64,000 nt of DNA from Setoptus koraiensis (taxonomy: Eukaryota; Animalia; Arthropoda). Positions 1 to 12,600 of this stretch are shown here, piece after piece. The position numbers were made by a program, and so were the translations under genes. Numbering within the stretch: the first letter of the stretch is position 1; every line of letters begins with the position of its first letter. The stretch is from contig CM106586.1 in assembly GCA_048013815.1 (NCBI GenBank), positions 12,214,001-12,278,000 of the forward strand, written 5' to 3'. The notes beneath the pieces were generated by a model that was not told the origin of the DNA, did no database searches, and saw nothing but the letters and a program-made list of their open reading frames with translations.

Positions 1-866
1 TTAATTTATAGCATCACTCCTAATCTGACATTCGACATTTCTGGCGTCATTATGTTGTGTCGCCAGCGACTCAATTAGCTTAGCTCAATGTGGCCCACCT
101 CGCAAACGCCCAGCTACAATCGGATCATACTGCCCCTCGTGTATCAAGGCTTTATACCTAGCAGCTCCTCATATCCAATAGATAGAATCCGAGTGGATTA
201 GATTAAATCAGTCGTATCACCGGAGCAATTGTTGTTCATGTTCATCGTTGTCTCATTAAGCAAAAACATTGCTGATTATTAGTAGAAATATGAGAGGCAG
301 AGAAAGAGAGAGAGAAATTATAAGAACAATTATTTTACACTTATATAGCCATGATATACAATGTCACTGTTCAGAAAATTCTGCACAAACAACTGTAACA
401 TTGCCATAGATCACACAACTCATTGTAAACAACAAAATACCTATATAGCTGGATGGCAGCAATCGACAACCCAATGACAACATAGACCAGATATTGATTT
501 TATTTATTTGAACCACGTTTTGAGATTGCAAACGAATGCAACGTTGTACAATTATTATTAATAAATGTTATGTTTTAGTACGACCAAAACTGCTTTGTGT
601 CCCATCATATCCTTTGCATTCATGGGTCAGTCATCGGTGCTCGAGGTTACGCTACGCACCCAAGCCCACAATAAATGACAAATACAGTGGCAGTCGATTG
701 AGGAAGTCTTCAAATCAATCATGCAGTTTTAATGATCTATATAGCTACGACAAAAGAATACCCGACTGTGGTGCGGATAAAGACAATGGCTATACGATAA
801 ATAGATTGAATATTATCGTGTGTAAAGATGATGTAATGAATTGATTGCCTCAGAAATTAATGTTTA

Positions 867-1935
867 TCAGATATTAATTATAGGTAAACCGTCAATCAAA
901 TTGTCCTTCCTACGGCCCTGTTGCTGTTGTTTAGTGAGATCTCTCATTGGGGCGCTGTTAATATTGTTTTCTTGCTCTGCGATTTTGCGTACTTTTGTCA
1001 TCACACCATACTCTAGTGCGTAACAAGCAAAACCATTTATAAGTAATAGTGTAAATATAAACAATGTCAGAACTCTCAGATTGAAATTTGATATGTCCTC
1101 TCTGTCGATTAGAATGGCGCGACAACCTAACGCATAATCGGGACGCTCACAGTAGAATATGGAATCGGTTTTTGATGATCTATGAAGATATTTTTGTTTG
1201 GGATAATTACAGCAAGACGGTGGATACAATCCATAGAAGGTATTATATGATTGCCAATCCTTGGGCTCCATTATGCCGCAGCATTTGAGCACTTGTTGTA
1301 CCCAATCTATAGGCTGAGTGTAGTGATAATTGGTGTCTCCTGGAAACAATCCGTTTATATCCAGGTTGTTGCTATCGTACGAGTATCTGTTGAGTAATGT
1401 GCGCCACGTATTTACGTCCACTTGATGATTCAATTCGAGCTTGAATGGATTAAACCACAAGCAGATTAGCACAAGAAGAAACGTTGTCGATAATACTAAG
1501 CTCAGGATGGTGTATACTCTTAGCCACTTAAATCTCAGTCTGATATCAACCACCAAGAGGCCCAACAAAGCCAGTACTGAGAGCAATATTAGAGCCACAT
1601 TGAATAGTATTATGGCCATCTTGAAGCTGTGAGTATAAAGTATGACTCCATTGTAGTCTCTGATGAGGTCAGCTGAATTGCTGGCGGCTTTCAGTATGTT
1701 AGTGGAACATATCAACTGATTTGTAACGGTTTAGTGATGAAATAAAATGAAGTTACACAATAAGCGATTTTGAGCATAACTTTTTAACGTGGTTGATTGA
1801 GGCTACAAGTTGTATACTAACCAATGTCAATGAGTTTATTATAACAAGATAAATGAAAAACAAGTTGGTCATACCAAAATATTTGAGAATTTTTGTCGAG
1901 TTGCGCTCTCGACACCCATTATCGGACAGCTCCAT
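867..1935 (-). CDS. Tetraspanin, 2 exons (1935-1789, 1715-867)
   Basis: Large extracellular loop with CCG (VLKCCG), PxSCC (YPPSCC) and a pre-TM4 Cys (YALGC), plus four hydrophobic segments. The track ORF begins at a TTG right after a CAG acceptor. A 73-nt phase-0 intron (1788-1716, GTTAAA...ATCAG) joins it in frame to an exon starting MELSDNG at ATG 1935 that supplies TM1. Confidence 0.88.
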
Positions 1936-3458
1936 AGTGCAAACAATTATGCTGTCGTCGTTATCAGCGGTAATAATAATCCTATGATTATTACTCTGAG
2001 TTCTCGTAACAATACAAATAAACACCCTGCCAAAAGTGCCCGGTCCAATGAAAGTATTTCATAAATAATGATGCTAATGATGTAAGATGTAAGATAATAT
2101 TTATAAAATGTTGTCGAAACGTGTCAATGTAACTCTTATTTTATTCACCTAATTTCCCTGCTTATCGTCTACACAAAACAATGAAAAGAGAATGTTAATG
2201 TTGAAATTATCCCCGCAAGACTTTTGCACAGTCAGCCAATTGAGATCATGGCAAAAATTGCGCAATTTCTCTATTTGGGTGGTAGCAGTTAGGAAGCCGC
2301 TCGATGCAATTTCATATTTTGTACAACCATTGTATGTGTATTAGTTGAGCTGACTCCCATCAAGTCAATCAGATCTTCTGATCAATCTAATCTTGATATA
2401 TATAGTTACTATATATCCACTGCAAAAAAAATGGTGTTGCATATATTGTGTACGTCTTGTTACTGTGTGACCATCTTGTTCACGTGAATGGATTAGACAA
2501 AGTCATTATATCAAATTAGAACAGGTGGATAAAATCTCCAGACAAACAGAAATGGCTGTGGTAGTATGTAACTGTGTGATTGGTTTGGTCAAATTTCATA
2601 CATTGCTCCTTAGAATTTTATTGTCCCTATACTCATCAAAGCGATAAATCTATCAAAGGTTACAAACAGACAATGAGGACTCGTACCCAAGTATTGACAC
2701 AATAAGATTAAAATGACCCATTGATAACATATTTTCAATCATTAGATCTTGATCTACAGATGTTCAATCGCTTTTGAACGAAGCAACAAACATGGACGCT
2801 AGTTGAAACTGATTATCTCCGACTTTTCAAGTTCACTGCGACTCCTTTACCTGTGATGCGCGCCCAAGACAAAAACCGTCCGATTTTGGTGACTCGGGAC
2901 GGAAGGCATCATAAACCGCATATTGTACGCGGTCGCCACACCCCTTCTCTCGGTGTAGCGCTCCGGAGTCCGGATTGTTTGTGATTGTTTGTGTCGGGTG
3001 CAATCATTGAGCGCTTGAGTCCGGCTAGGCGGCAATCAAGAACAAAAGAGTTGCGTCATGCAGGGTCATTTTAGATTTCAACTGTGAGCAACATTGAGAT
3101 GACCGGCGTGGATATTATTCCGTTTAGTGTATTATCAGACGAGGCATTCAACAGTTGCACCCAACACAAAATCTTATCTAATTTCCATCAATGTACACAC
3201 GATGACTCATTCATAGTAGGTTCTAGATGCATAAACGTCACATCGTTACTGTTATCAGTGAATAGACCGAATCTTGAAGAAAAAAATCGACAATCTCTGG
3301 GATATCCTTGAACGAGACAGCGTGATTTATTCTACCATTATTGTGATATAATACAAAATCCACTCATAACTCACAGAGTCAACAAATTTTCAACTCAAAA
3401 CCCATCATCGAAGAAGAAGAAGAAGTTTTCTCCACCAGCTTCCTTTCGTGCACTCCTA

Positions 3459-4385
3459 ATGTATTCACAAAACCAATCCAATCCTCAGGGGGGACCCATT
3501 CAACAAGGCTACCAGGCTGGCGGTCACCCAAACAATCCACCAGGTAACAAGACCATTTCCATCTCTGAAATCTTTATCCACTTTACACTCTACTCTAAAG
3601 GATATTAATAATTTTTTATTTTCTTATTTTTCTCCCCTCATCTAAACATAACATTTTTCACAGTTTCAGTTTACATTGATCTCTCCGCAGATTCTGTCGG
3701 CAACGGCAGGCTATTCTCTGACAAGAAAATTAGAAATGCTTTTGTGTCGAAAGTTTACATTATATTATCGGCGCAACTTTTGTTCGCAACAGCACTGATT
3801 GGCATATTTATCTATAATGAGGATATCAAATTGTATTTCGCCCAACATCAATTATGGTTTTTATTGGGCTCGCTTGTATCCTTTATCCCGCTTCTCATAT
3901 TGGGTTGTGTACAATCAAGCAGACGATCATTTCCGGTAAATTTTGTACTACTGTCAATAGTAACTATTGGATTTGCCTTCATGGCTGCCGTTATATCATG
4001 TAGATATGACACGAGCACAGTATTGTATGCAGCCGCAACGTGTGCTTTATCCACCATCTTAATAACCTTGTTTGCCAAGTTCACACCACTTGATATGACT
4101 TCCTGTGGAACCGTGCTGTCTATTTTAGGTTTAATGCACATATTTGTTGGCCTGATCCTTATCATTACATTAGGTCCTTCAGGCGCCAAGACGAGCTCCT
4201 TGATATTATCAGTATTCGGAGCCTTTTTGGTGATGCTTTATTTAGTATATTACACACAGCTTATAATGGGCGGAAGAGATGAAGAAGTTAGTCCCGAGGA
4301 GTACATTCTTGCTGCGATATTGTTGTATACGAACATTGTGTACTTGTTCATATTTCTATTGGAGATATTCGCTAGAAGAGGTTGA
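3459..4385 (+). CDS. Lifeguard / TMBIM (Bax inhibitor-1 superfamily) protein, 2 exons (3459-3543, 3691-4385)
   Basis: Spliced N-terminus is Pro/Gln/Gly-rich (MYSQNQSNPQGGP...), typical of Lifeguard. It is followed by FSDKKIRNAFVSKVYIILSAQL, RRSFPVNF, TQLIMGG and SPEEYILAAILLY motifs and seven hydrophobic segments. Intron 3544-3690 is GTAACA...CCGCAG, phase 1. Confidence 0.93.
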
Positions 4386-4821
4386 TAGAATTCTGCAAAA
4401 GAGAGTGACTTATGTAGTGATAAACAGGTGAATAAATGCAAAAACGAGTCGATAAACACAGATACAAAAATAAAATAAAAACAAAACTTTACATGGTTCA
4501 AAATTCGCGCAGTGTTTGAGTCATCGAGCATGCGCACAGTGGAGGATTTTGGAGATTTTCAGCTGGTTCGTTGCACTCACAATCAATAGTGTACTGGTGG
4601 TGGTAGTCGATACGAAGTGACATAGTTTTCCGTAACAGATTATCATCTGACACACCTCGATCTTCATTGTTGATAATATGTGTTATAATAGTCTAGAATA
4701 AGGGGGCGATTATAACATTATTAGACAAATTGACTACAATTGTCATTTAAATCCACATTATTCCCTATCGAGCTACTTATTATTTGAACAAACTATACCA
4801 ACAGAAACAACAATAACAACA

Positions 4822-6486
4822 ATGAGCGAGGACAACGAAAGCCAGGTAGCCATCACTGTGGCCACCAATGTCCCCAACAATGTCACCACTACCACCAATC
4901 TCTCCACTAATATCGCCACCGATATCGCCGCCTCCGGCGCCCCAACCAATGTCGCCTCTAATGCCACCTCTAGTGATGTCGCAGCCAGCAATTCTACTGC
5001 TACCAAGGTTACTAGTAATGTTGTTGATGTTACCAACAATGTCGCCACAAATGTCCCCAATTCGACTGTTACCGCCACCAATGCTACTGACTCTACGTCC
5101 ACCAATAGATATCTGATTGTTGACATTAGTGATGTTCTCAGCGAACGGGACCGAGTTAAATTCACAGTACATACCAAAACAAACGAACCGGATTTCGCCA
5201 AGCAACAGTCGTCCGTTGTTAGACAGCATGAAGAATTTGTCTGGTTACATGATTGTTTAGAGGACGACGAAAGGTACGCTGGCTATATTATTCCGCCCGG
5301 ACCACCAAGGCCAGATTTTGATGCCTCAAGGGAAAAATTGCATCGTTTAGGCGAGGGAGAAGGCAATATGACTAAAGAGGAATTTGACAAAATGAAAGCA
5401 GAGCTAGAGGCCGAATATTTGGCTACATTTAAAAAAACTGTTGCAATGCATGAGATATTTCTTCAGCGTCTTGCGTCACATCCAAAATTTAGATACGATT
5501 CAAATTTGAGAATATTTTTAGAATATGAAAATGAATTATCTGTTCGCAACAAAAGCAAAAAGGAACGATTAGCTGGCCTAATCAACAATATTAGCCGTTC
5601 GGCACAAGATCTAGTTATAACTACTTCACAGGCGGCTGCCTCGTCGGCAGCCAGGCAACGCCAGCTCACGTCAAGTGGTGATCAAAATGTTGGCGGTAGC
5701 AGTAGTAGTGGTGTTGGTCACTTGAATGTCTTTGGAACAGCATCACAAAACATTAAAAACAACAACAACAACAACAATATTAGTGATATAAATGATAACG
5801 AAAGCAAGAGCTTCGATCACAATAGCAGTGGCACTGGCGGAAGCATGAACAATGGCGATTTTTTCGAAAGAGAACGCCTATTCTTGGCTTTATATTACAA
5901 CAGTATTAAGGAAACAACTTTGCAAGCAGATAAAATGACCAGGGCACATAAAAATGTTGCGGAAAGCTTTCTACATCTTTCATCTCAGATTAATAAACTG
6001 GCCACAATGGAGGATCATGATCCCAGCCTTAATCAACTATTAACGAGGTTCGCCGACTATTTAGACAGGGCGAGAAAGATTGAAAATCGTATAGCATCAG
6101 ATGAGGACCTGAAATTGTCTGATACTTTTCGTTATTATAAGCGGGATACGGCAGCAGCGCAAGATCTCTTATCACGCCGATTGCGCTATCACAATGAATA
6201 TGAGAAGGCCAATAAGGCCTTAGATGCAGCCAGAAGTAGAAATAAGCAATTACAATATGCGGATGTCATCCAGAAACAAGCATGTGAAAACTTTCAAAAC
6301 ATATCGAAGCTCGCTAAACAAGAGCTTGCCGACTACAAGCAAAGACGAGTTGCAGCATTCAAGAAAAACTTTAGTGACCTAGTTGATCTCGAATTGAAAC
6401 ATGTTAGGTCTCATACACAATTGATCAAGGGTTGTCTAGATTCGTGCAAGGGTATTACTTCGTCCACATTCGTTCAAGCAATTTAG
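4822..6486 (+). CDS. SNX6: Sorting nexin 5/6/32 family PX-BAR protein, intronless, 554 aa
   Basis: Diagnostic PX segment VKFTVHTKT...[13 protein letters not shown]...[22 protein letters not shown]...[28 protein letters not shown], then a BAR segment [12 protein letters not shown]...[20 protein letters not shown]. Confidence 0.95.
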   Translation: MSEDNESQVAITVATNVPNNVTTTTNLSTNIATDIAASGAPTNVASNATSSDVAASNSTATKVTSNVVDVTNNVATNVPNSTVTATNATDSTSTNRYLIVDISDVLSERDRVKFTVHTKTNEPDFAKQQSSVVRQHEEFVWLHDCLEDDERYAGYIIPPGPPRPDFDASREKLHRLGEGEGNMTKEEFDKMKAELEAEYLATFKKTVAMHEIFLQRLASHPKFRYDSNLRIFLEYENELSVRNKSKKERLAGLINNISRSAQDLVITTSQAAASSAARQRQLTSSGDQNVGGSSSSGVGHLNVFGTASQNIKNNNNNNNISDINDNESKSFDHNSSGTGGSMNNGDFFERERLFLALYYNSIKETTLQADKMTRAHKNVAESFLHLSSQINKLATMEDHDPSLNQLLTRFADYLDRARKIENRIASDEDLKLSDTFRYYKRDTAAAQDLLSRRLRYHNEYEKANKALDAARSRNKQLQYADVIQKQACENFQNISKLAKQELADYKQRRVAAFKKNFSDLVDLELKHVRSHTQLIKGCLDSCKGITSSTFVQAI

Positions 6487-6502
6487 GGAACAAAAGAGGA
6501 TT

Positions 6503-6611
6503 TTATTATTATTATTACTATTATCATTATTACCAATGAAATATATATATATATATTTATATATATATATATATATATATTGAATATCTATATATATATA
6601 TATATATATAT
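6503..6611. repeat. Compound microsatellite: (ATT)n-like run then interrupted (TA)n
   Basis: Read directly: TTATTATTATTATTA at 6503-6532 and TA dinucleotide runs at 6541-6611, just downstream of the SNX stop codon. Confidence 0.9.
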
Positions 6612-7829
6612 GTATGATTTATATACTGCATACAAAGATTTATAAAAAAGAAAACAATCTATTACAATGGTCAGATTAGATCTATTATTAAATATATAAT
6701 TATATGTTCACCTCTTTGAGTATATTTACATTTGAGGAGCTACGAGGATAATTATATAGAGTTGATAATAATAATTACATAAGAGTAATATATAGATGAA
6801 TAAATTCAATACAATGTATTAATCAAGACGATGGCCTTCTATTGGGTGACGCGCTAATTCATTCAGTCCGCATCAACAACATGCCACTGCTATTCAGATT
6901 TCCTGAAAGGACCTGTATAGATAAACATGCTTATGTTGGTTAATGGTCACACCATAATGTAGCTCGTCATCGTGTCCGTCTATAGGTATATATAGGTTGT
7001 CCTTTAATGAGTTAAGATTATGCTTTGTGAGACTGCGCAAAGGTATTCATTGAATCGTTTTGTTACATAACCCGAGCAGTTTGCTTGGCCATAGACAAGA
7101 CGAAGATAGTGATCTAGCCACATAGATTAGATAAGAAGATCAAATGTTAAGTGTTACGTAGTGTTGTGCTTTCGTGTGTCTTATGCTCGATTGAATAAGT
7201 TGAAAGATGTATCAATAAAAGCTAGTAACTTTTTGAGATCTATCAGCAGAAGCAGCACCAACAAACACTACTGTAACAGTAACTTTGTTGTCTCATTCAT
7301 CAGAGATATGTCACATGGCTTAAATATAGTTCCCACTAAAAGATCAGAGCCGGAGTGCGTAGTCATCATCTAGCAAAAACACACACACGTCTGCACATTT
7401 ATTTGGTGACTAGTAGATAAATGTAAATTTTGTTTATATCAAGCGTGAGAGAAAAGAAGAGAGAGAGAGAGCGCCACATTAACTATATTCAAGTAAACAA
7501 AAAAGAAGCCAACTAGCCAACTATTTAGCAAACACACTGGTTTTGAATGAGTCAGAGCGACCAACTTTGATATAGGCGATTGTCAACAGCTATCCAAATG
7601 CGACTAAAAAAGTTCAACACAAACAAATTTATTATTATCGTTATTGCAACTATTATTAGTGGTGCTTAAAAGTGGACATAATAATACAACAAAACAATAT
7701 TGCAATTATCATTGCATCGTAAAGTGACAAACAAAGAGAAAATAATAAAATTGAGCAAAGGGCGAGCGGTAAAAGTGTAATCATATTCTCTATATTGTGG
7801 CATAATTAAAACATAGAGTGGTTATAAAC

Positions 7830-9619
7830 ATGGTGATACTCATTGAGATATCACGTACTGCAACAATAATATTATTATTCCAATTGGAAGTACTACTATT
7901 CATAACTATTTGCCTGAATTGTGTATATAGCAGCTCTGTTCCTTCGGCATTCTCAAAACAAGATGCCCCCTTTTGGAAACGGCCCGGCTGTCATATAGTG
8001 GGTGAGTGTTAAGCCATGTGTCAATGTTAGCAGTGGGCGCAAATAACTAGATACTGGACGCATAGCGACTGTGCACAATGAAAAAATAAAGTAATTTGCA
8101 TGATGTTGTTGTTGTTGTTGTGGAAAATTGATTGAATGATCCTTTAAAACTTTCATCTATATATAAGGTCACACGCGAACAATAGCCATACCTGGCTGTG
8201 TCAAATTTGATCTGACAACAAACGCATGCAGGGGATATTGCCTGTCGTACTCACTGCCATCCATTGAGGATATCGGGCCAGCTTTTGGCGGCGACAATGG
8301 CAGTTCGGATGCAACGCTAACACCAAACACAAATGTTGCCGCTGTGAGTCGGAACAACAATCAGGGCCCTAATCGGGGTGCCAATCAGAGGTTAGTAAAC
8401 AAGCTGTGACTTTAGAGTTGTTGACGTGATCAACATAACAACAGTATTGAACAAAAAACTATGATTTTGATTTGAACTCAAAATATGCTTAAAATTCATG
8501 TAGCGATCAAGATGTTTCATTGGTTGATAAGATGATAAAAACACAAGCATTAAAACGCGAATATTTGGAATCTATTTTATCCTCGATATCCAACGTACAA
8601 AACACAAACAATACGGGAAGCAGCTCTAGTGGCACCATCAACAAAGATGCATCATTATCGGCGCAATTCCTCCAACTGGTGGCTTTGCAACAAGCACGTG
8701 AAAAATCGCACATGTTATCACCTAATTTAAACAGCGGTAGCGACATTGACAGCAGCAGCAGCGGCACCAGCAGCAGTAGTAGCGGTGCCGCTAGTGACAA
8801 TAATAATCATAATACTAACTATGATAAAATAAATACCCAATCAACGACGCTAAACGACGCACCGGAAATCGATCCTGATCTCATAACATCCACAGGTCCA
8901 ATAGAGGCCAATCTTGTGCCCTCAGGATCAAAGCAAGACATAATATCAATTGGACAATGTTGCAGTATGATAGAAACAGAATACGTGAGTACTAAAAGCG
9001 CAACTTGACTTGATTAGTCTTGGTGGGGGAGTTATCAAGAAAGTGCTATATTGCTTATTGCCTAATTGATATTTATTGTCGCATGGCACTGATATTGAGC
9101 AGCTATCAGAAGTCATCTTGCTTGCTGTTTACCCTGATTAGCTATACAGCTTAACAACAGATAAGCATCGTCACTATACTAATCTAATCTATTTATCCAT
9201 CCATCTTGACAATGGCTCTCCCTGGTGTCGCCATCAATGGTCATGACACGTCACTTATCGCGACGCGTCATGTATGGTGACGATTAACAATGCAAATGCA
9301 AACAAAACAAACAAATTATACAAAAATGAAATGAATGTGCATACTGTCGTCGTGTGGTCGTTGATCTTGTACTTATGTCATAATCGGGTTACGTTACTTC
9401 TCAATGTTTCGTTCGTTTTCCATTTGCATCTCCATGTAAACCATCACACATACTAAACACATCTGCATGTACATGACGCGCTTATCATGATGATCAATAA
9501 CCAAACACGAACAACAACAATATCAGATTAAGGTAAATGTCAGATGCGAAAATGGCCTAAGGGATTACATATTCAAATCAGCAAAGAGTTGCGAGTGTTT
9601 CTTCTGTAAGAAAATGTAA
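7830..9619 (+). CDS. GPA2: Glycoprotein hormone alpha-2 (GPA2, thyrostimulin alpha), 4 exons (7830-8001, 8168-8390, 8504-8984, 9527-9619), 322 aa
   Basis: Spliced protein: signal peptide, then FWKRPGCHIVG/HTRTIAIPGCVKFDLTTNACRGYCLSYSLPS, a long insert, QDIISIGQCCSMIETEY, and IKVNVRCENGLRDYIFKSAKSCECFFCKKM. This matches the invertebrate GPA2 pattern with all 10 Cys. All three introns are GT-AG and phase-compatible (phases 1, 2, 0). Confidence 0.95.
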
Positions 9620-12600
9620 TCTTAATATTGGCACTGTGTTTATCTGTTTGTTTGTGTGCACGTAGACACTCAAAGCACAAATGTACATTTACCTCGGATA
9701 TAACCTTTGCAAAAATCAGACACGAACTCCCATAGCGATAGGGATAGCTATAACACGTGCACAATGTGTCTAAATATAGTCTGCTATACATTATCCATGC
9801 GATGGAAAGGAACAATCACAACCACTAGTCTACTCCTACAACACAGTGTAAAGAAAAAGTAGAATAACGTCGAAAGAACCGACAGAGAAAGAGAGGGAGA
9901 GGATTACAGGTGCAGTCAAAATTGGGCAAACACGAGGCGAGAGAGCAACAAACAAATAACAGAAAAAAAAACAAACAGAATGAAAGAGAGAGAGAGAGAG
10001 CGAGCTGGCACCCAATTAAAAAATAAAACAAGAGTCATTTCTATATTTCACAAACCAGCAAAACAAAATGTGTGCTATATGTGTAGTGCCTCGCCAGTTA
10101 TGAATAATGTCTTAAAGCAAATAATTAAATGGAAAGTCATAATGACACTGTCTGAATTGTTCTCGCTGTCCTTTGTGTTTGTTTTGTGTGTTTGCCAGGG
10201 TTAGTGAGGCCATCAATTGCAAAATAAAAAAACCAACCAGCACCAAAAACAATCGCCATTTTTTCAGCCTCATGCCATATGGTACATGAAAGCATGATGG
10301 CGCCACCAGCACAATACATGTTATGTATAGAGTACAATAAAAACTCTAGTCTAGCTACACACTGGCAAGCTGTACGAACTGTAACGTAGCCCCACGTTGG
10401 GGTATCGTATGGGGTCCCCATTAAAGTTAATGTCGCTGTATTTGAAGCGCTGCAAAAGCGCTGTAAAGCAAACTAAAGAACATCATCTAAGGGCTAATTG
10501 AGTTTAGAGTGAAATTTAGAGAGATGCGTGAATATAAAATGCGCGCCAGATTGTGCGCTTGAGGCCGGGGGTTAGAGGAAGTGAACTTTACTTACGCTGA
10601 TGCATTCTAATAAGGTCGCGTCATTCTGAATATTCGCTCCACGTCAGACCCCATGTAAGACGTGTCTGACAGGTGGTAATTTGCACACCTTACATCATGT
10701 TCGGTTGTTGTGCAGCTCGTTGCCATATTTATTTTTCAGCATGTCATGTGGCTGGCCGAGAGCATGGGTGCAGCTTGAATTTGCAATGGCCCCCTTGTGT
10801 GTAACATGCGGCAGGCTATTTTTCGGTACAGTTATCAGATGAATCAGATCCCCTCAAGGGACCACAAAAACGCCCAAACCTCGCTGAAGGCCCAATACTA
10901 AATGTGGGCCCCGGTGCCAGCGCCCACACATTACACAACAACATCATCGCTGACGCTTGCTCTTTGGCATTGATTTCACCATTCCCGAAAGAGGCAGAGA
11001 TTCTCTCTTCCATTCCGTACAACATTTCTTTCGCTCAGTTTCGCTTCTCAATTAACATGCCAACTCGAAGGAAATCTGCATCTCATTCGACTACAAGCTA
11101 AAGGTTTACGTCACTGTTTTTTAGTGAGAACACACAACGAAATTGAACAATGAGCTAAATGAGAGATAAACGAATTATTCAAACCACCTATAACCACGGG
11201 GGGATAATTTACAGCGAAATCAGTGGTACGGGATCTCGAGTTAAAGCGCCGATGAAAGCTAGACGAGAGAAAATTCGTGCAGAAAATGTGCCTCCGAAAT
11301 GCTGTTCTTCAAGTGAAAAAAGGCCCCTTTTTCCTGTTCCTTCATGATTTTCCATGGAACTATTTCACTTGCACTAACCTAGCTAATGATCTGCATCCTT
11401 TATTTTTGCCTGAGTCTTATTCATCTTATCAAGTAAAGTTTGCACTATTTTAAGAAGCCCCCCCCCCTCTCCCCCCTAACTGGGCCACAGGAACTGGGCT
11501 GACATTTATCGAACGCCAAAAAATAGGCCCCTGCGTGAGACAGGAAGAGTGAGTGATGGCCGCCTTCTTTCTTGGCGGCGGCTGCTGCTATTTTTAACTG
11601 TTTTCTACTATTTCCAACCAGCATCTTGGCCACTTTTGAGACCATTTACCATCTACAGCACAGCAAATTTTGGTACTGAAATGATTGAGTAAGCCATTAA
11701 GAATATCTGTTAGCTAGTTAAAGAAAAAAGTTAGAGAGCGTTCTTTTCAAGACGCTGTCTAATATTGTTCTATTGTGTGGGCAAAACGGGAAAAAAGTAG
11801 TGGGCGTTCAACTTCATATCAAAGAAGCAAAGAAAATCCGTCTCGTGACATTATCATATGTTTTTGCGTTCCTCTACCAGCCAGTGTCGCCTATGGCTGG
11901 CCAAGTTAACCTGATATCTTTCGTGTTTGGGAGCTCTTCTATGGTTTCGTTGTGCATTAGCATCGATTGGTTGTAGGCGAGTGCTTCAGCGAGCCTGTGG
12001 GAAATTATCAAAAAAGAAAAACATGATGATACGATATGATAAGATCGCACGTTTGATATCGATATTGATATCGAATCATATTGTCGTTAACCTTTCAGGG
12101 GGGGGGGAAGTGATTTACGCAACTGTTCTTGTTGGATCTACAATCCTGAAGCAAGCTATTAGAGTGGTAGAGCATTCGAATGGTCATTTTTGGCAAATCA
12201 TCATCAGGATCGATGGCATAGATGGCATCTTACTTCCGTGCAGCTAACACTGTTCGCATTTCTATCACTTTTAATGGCAAAACTAATGGCCTTCTAATGT
12301 ATGTGCTAGACAGACTGATTGGAAATTATTCTCCTTTCCGCTAAATATACTAAACACGGTAGATCAATAATTGTCATTGGAGACTAGCTGTCAGCTCGGA
12401 TCATCATATAGCTCGATGTTTTTTTTTTTTTCGTACCACTAACTCGCGCAACAGCACCAGGCTCAGATTTGGCCGACTGACATTTACATCATGTTAGGGG
12501 CGACACACTAAATAATGTGCCAGTGACATCTCTTACAGATTGGCCAATGAACTCAAGATTGTGCGGACCCCGAAAATTATCATGAATCAAGGCTGTCACA

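Noticed and set aside
536-1632. Plus-strand ORFs 536-844, 841-1023, 1088-1288 and 1441-1632
   Set aside because: No recognisable motifs; mostly antisense shadows of the tetraspanin exon.
2847-3035. GC-richer minus-strand ORF ending near a CAG/GTAAAG donor
   Set aside because: Non-ATG start and no protein similarity; could be a 5' UTR exon or promoter of the tetraspanin, but this is unsupported.
4773-5229. Val-rich and Gly/Ile-rich minus-strand ORFs
   Set aside because: Antisense shadows of the repetitive SNX6 N-terminus.
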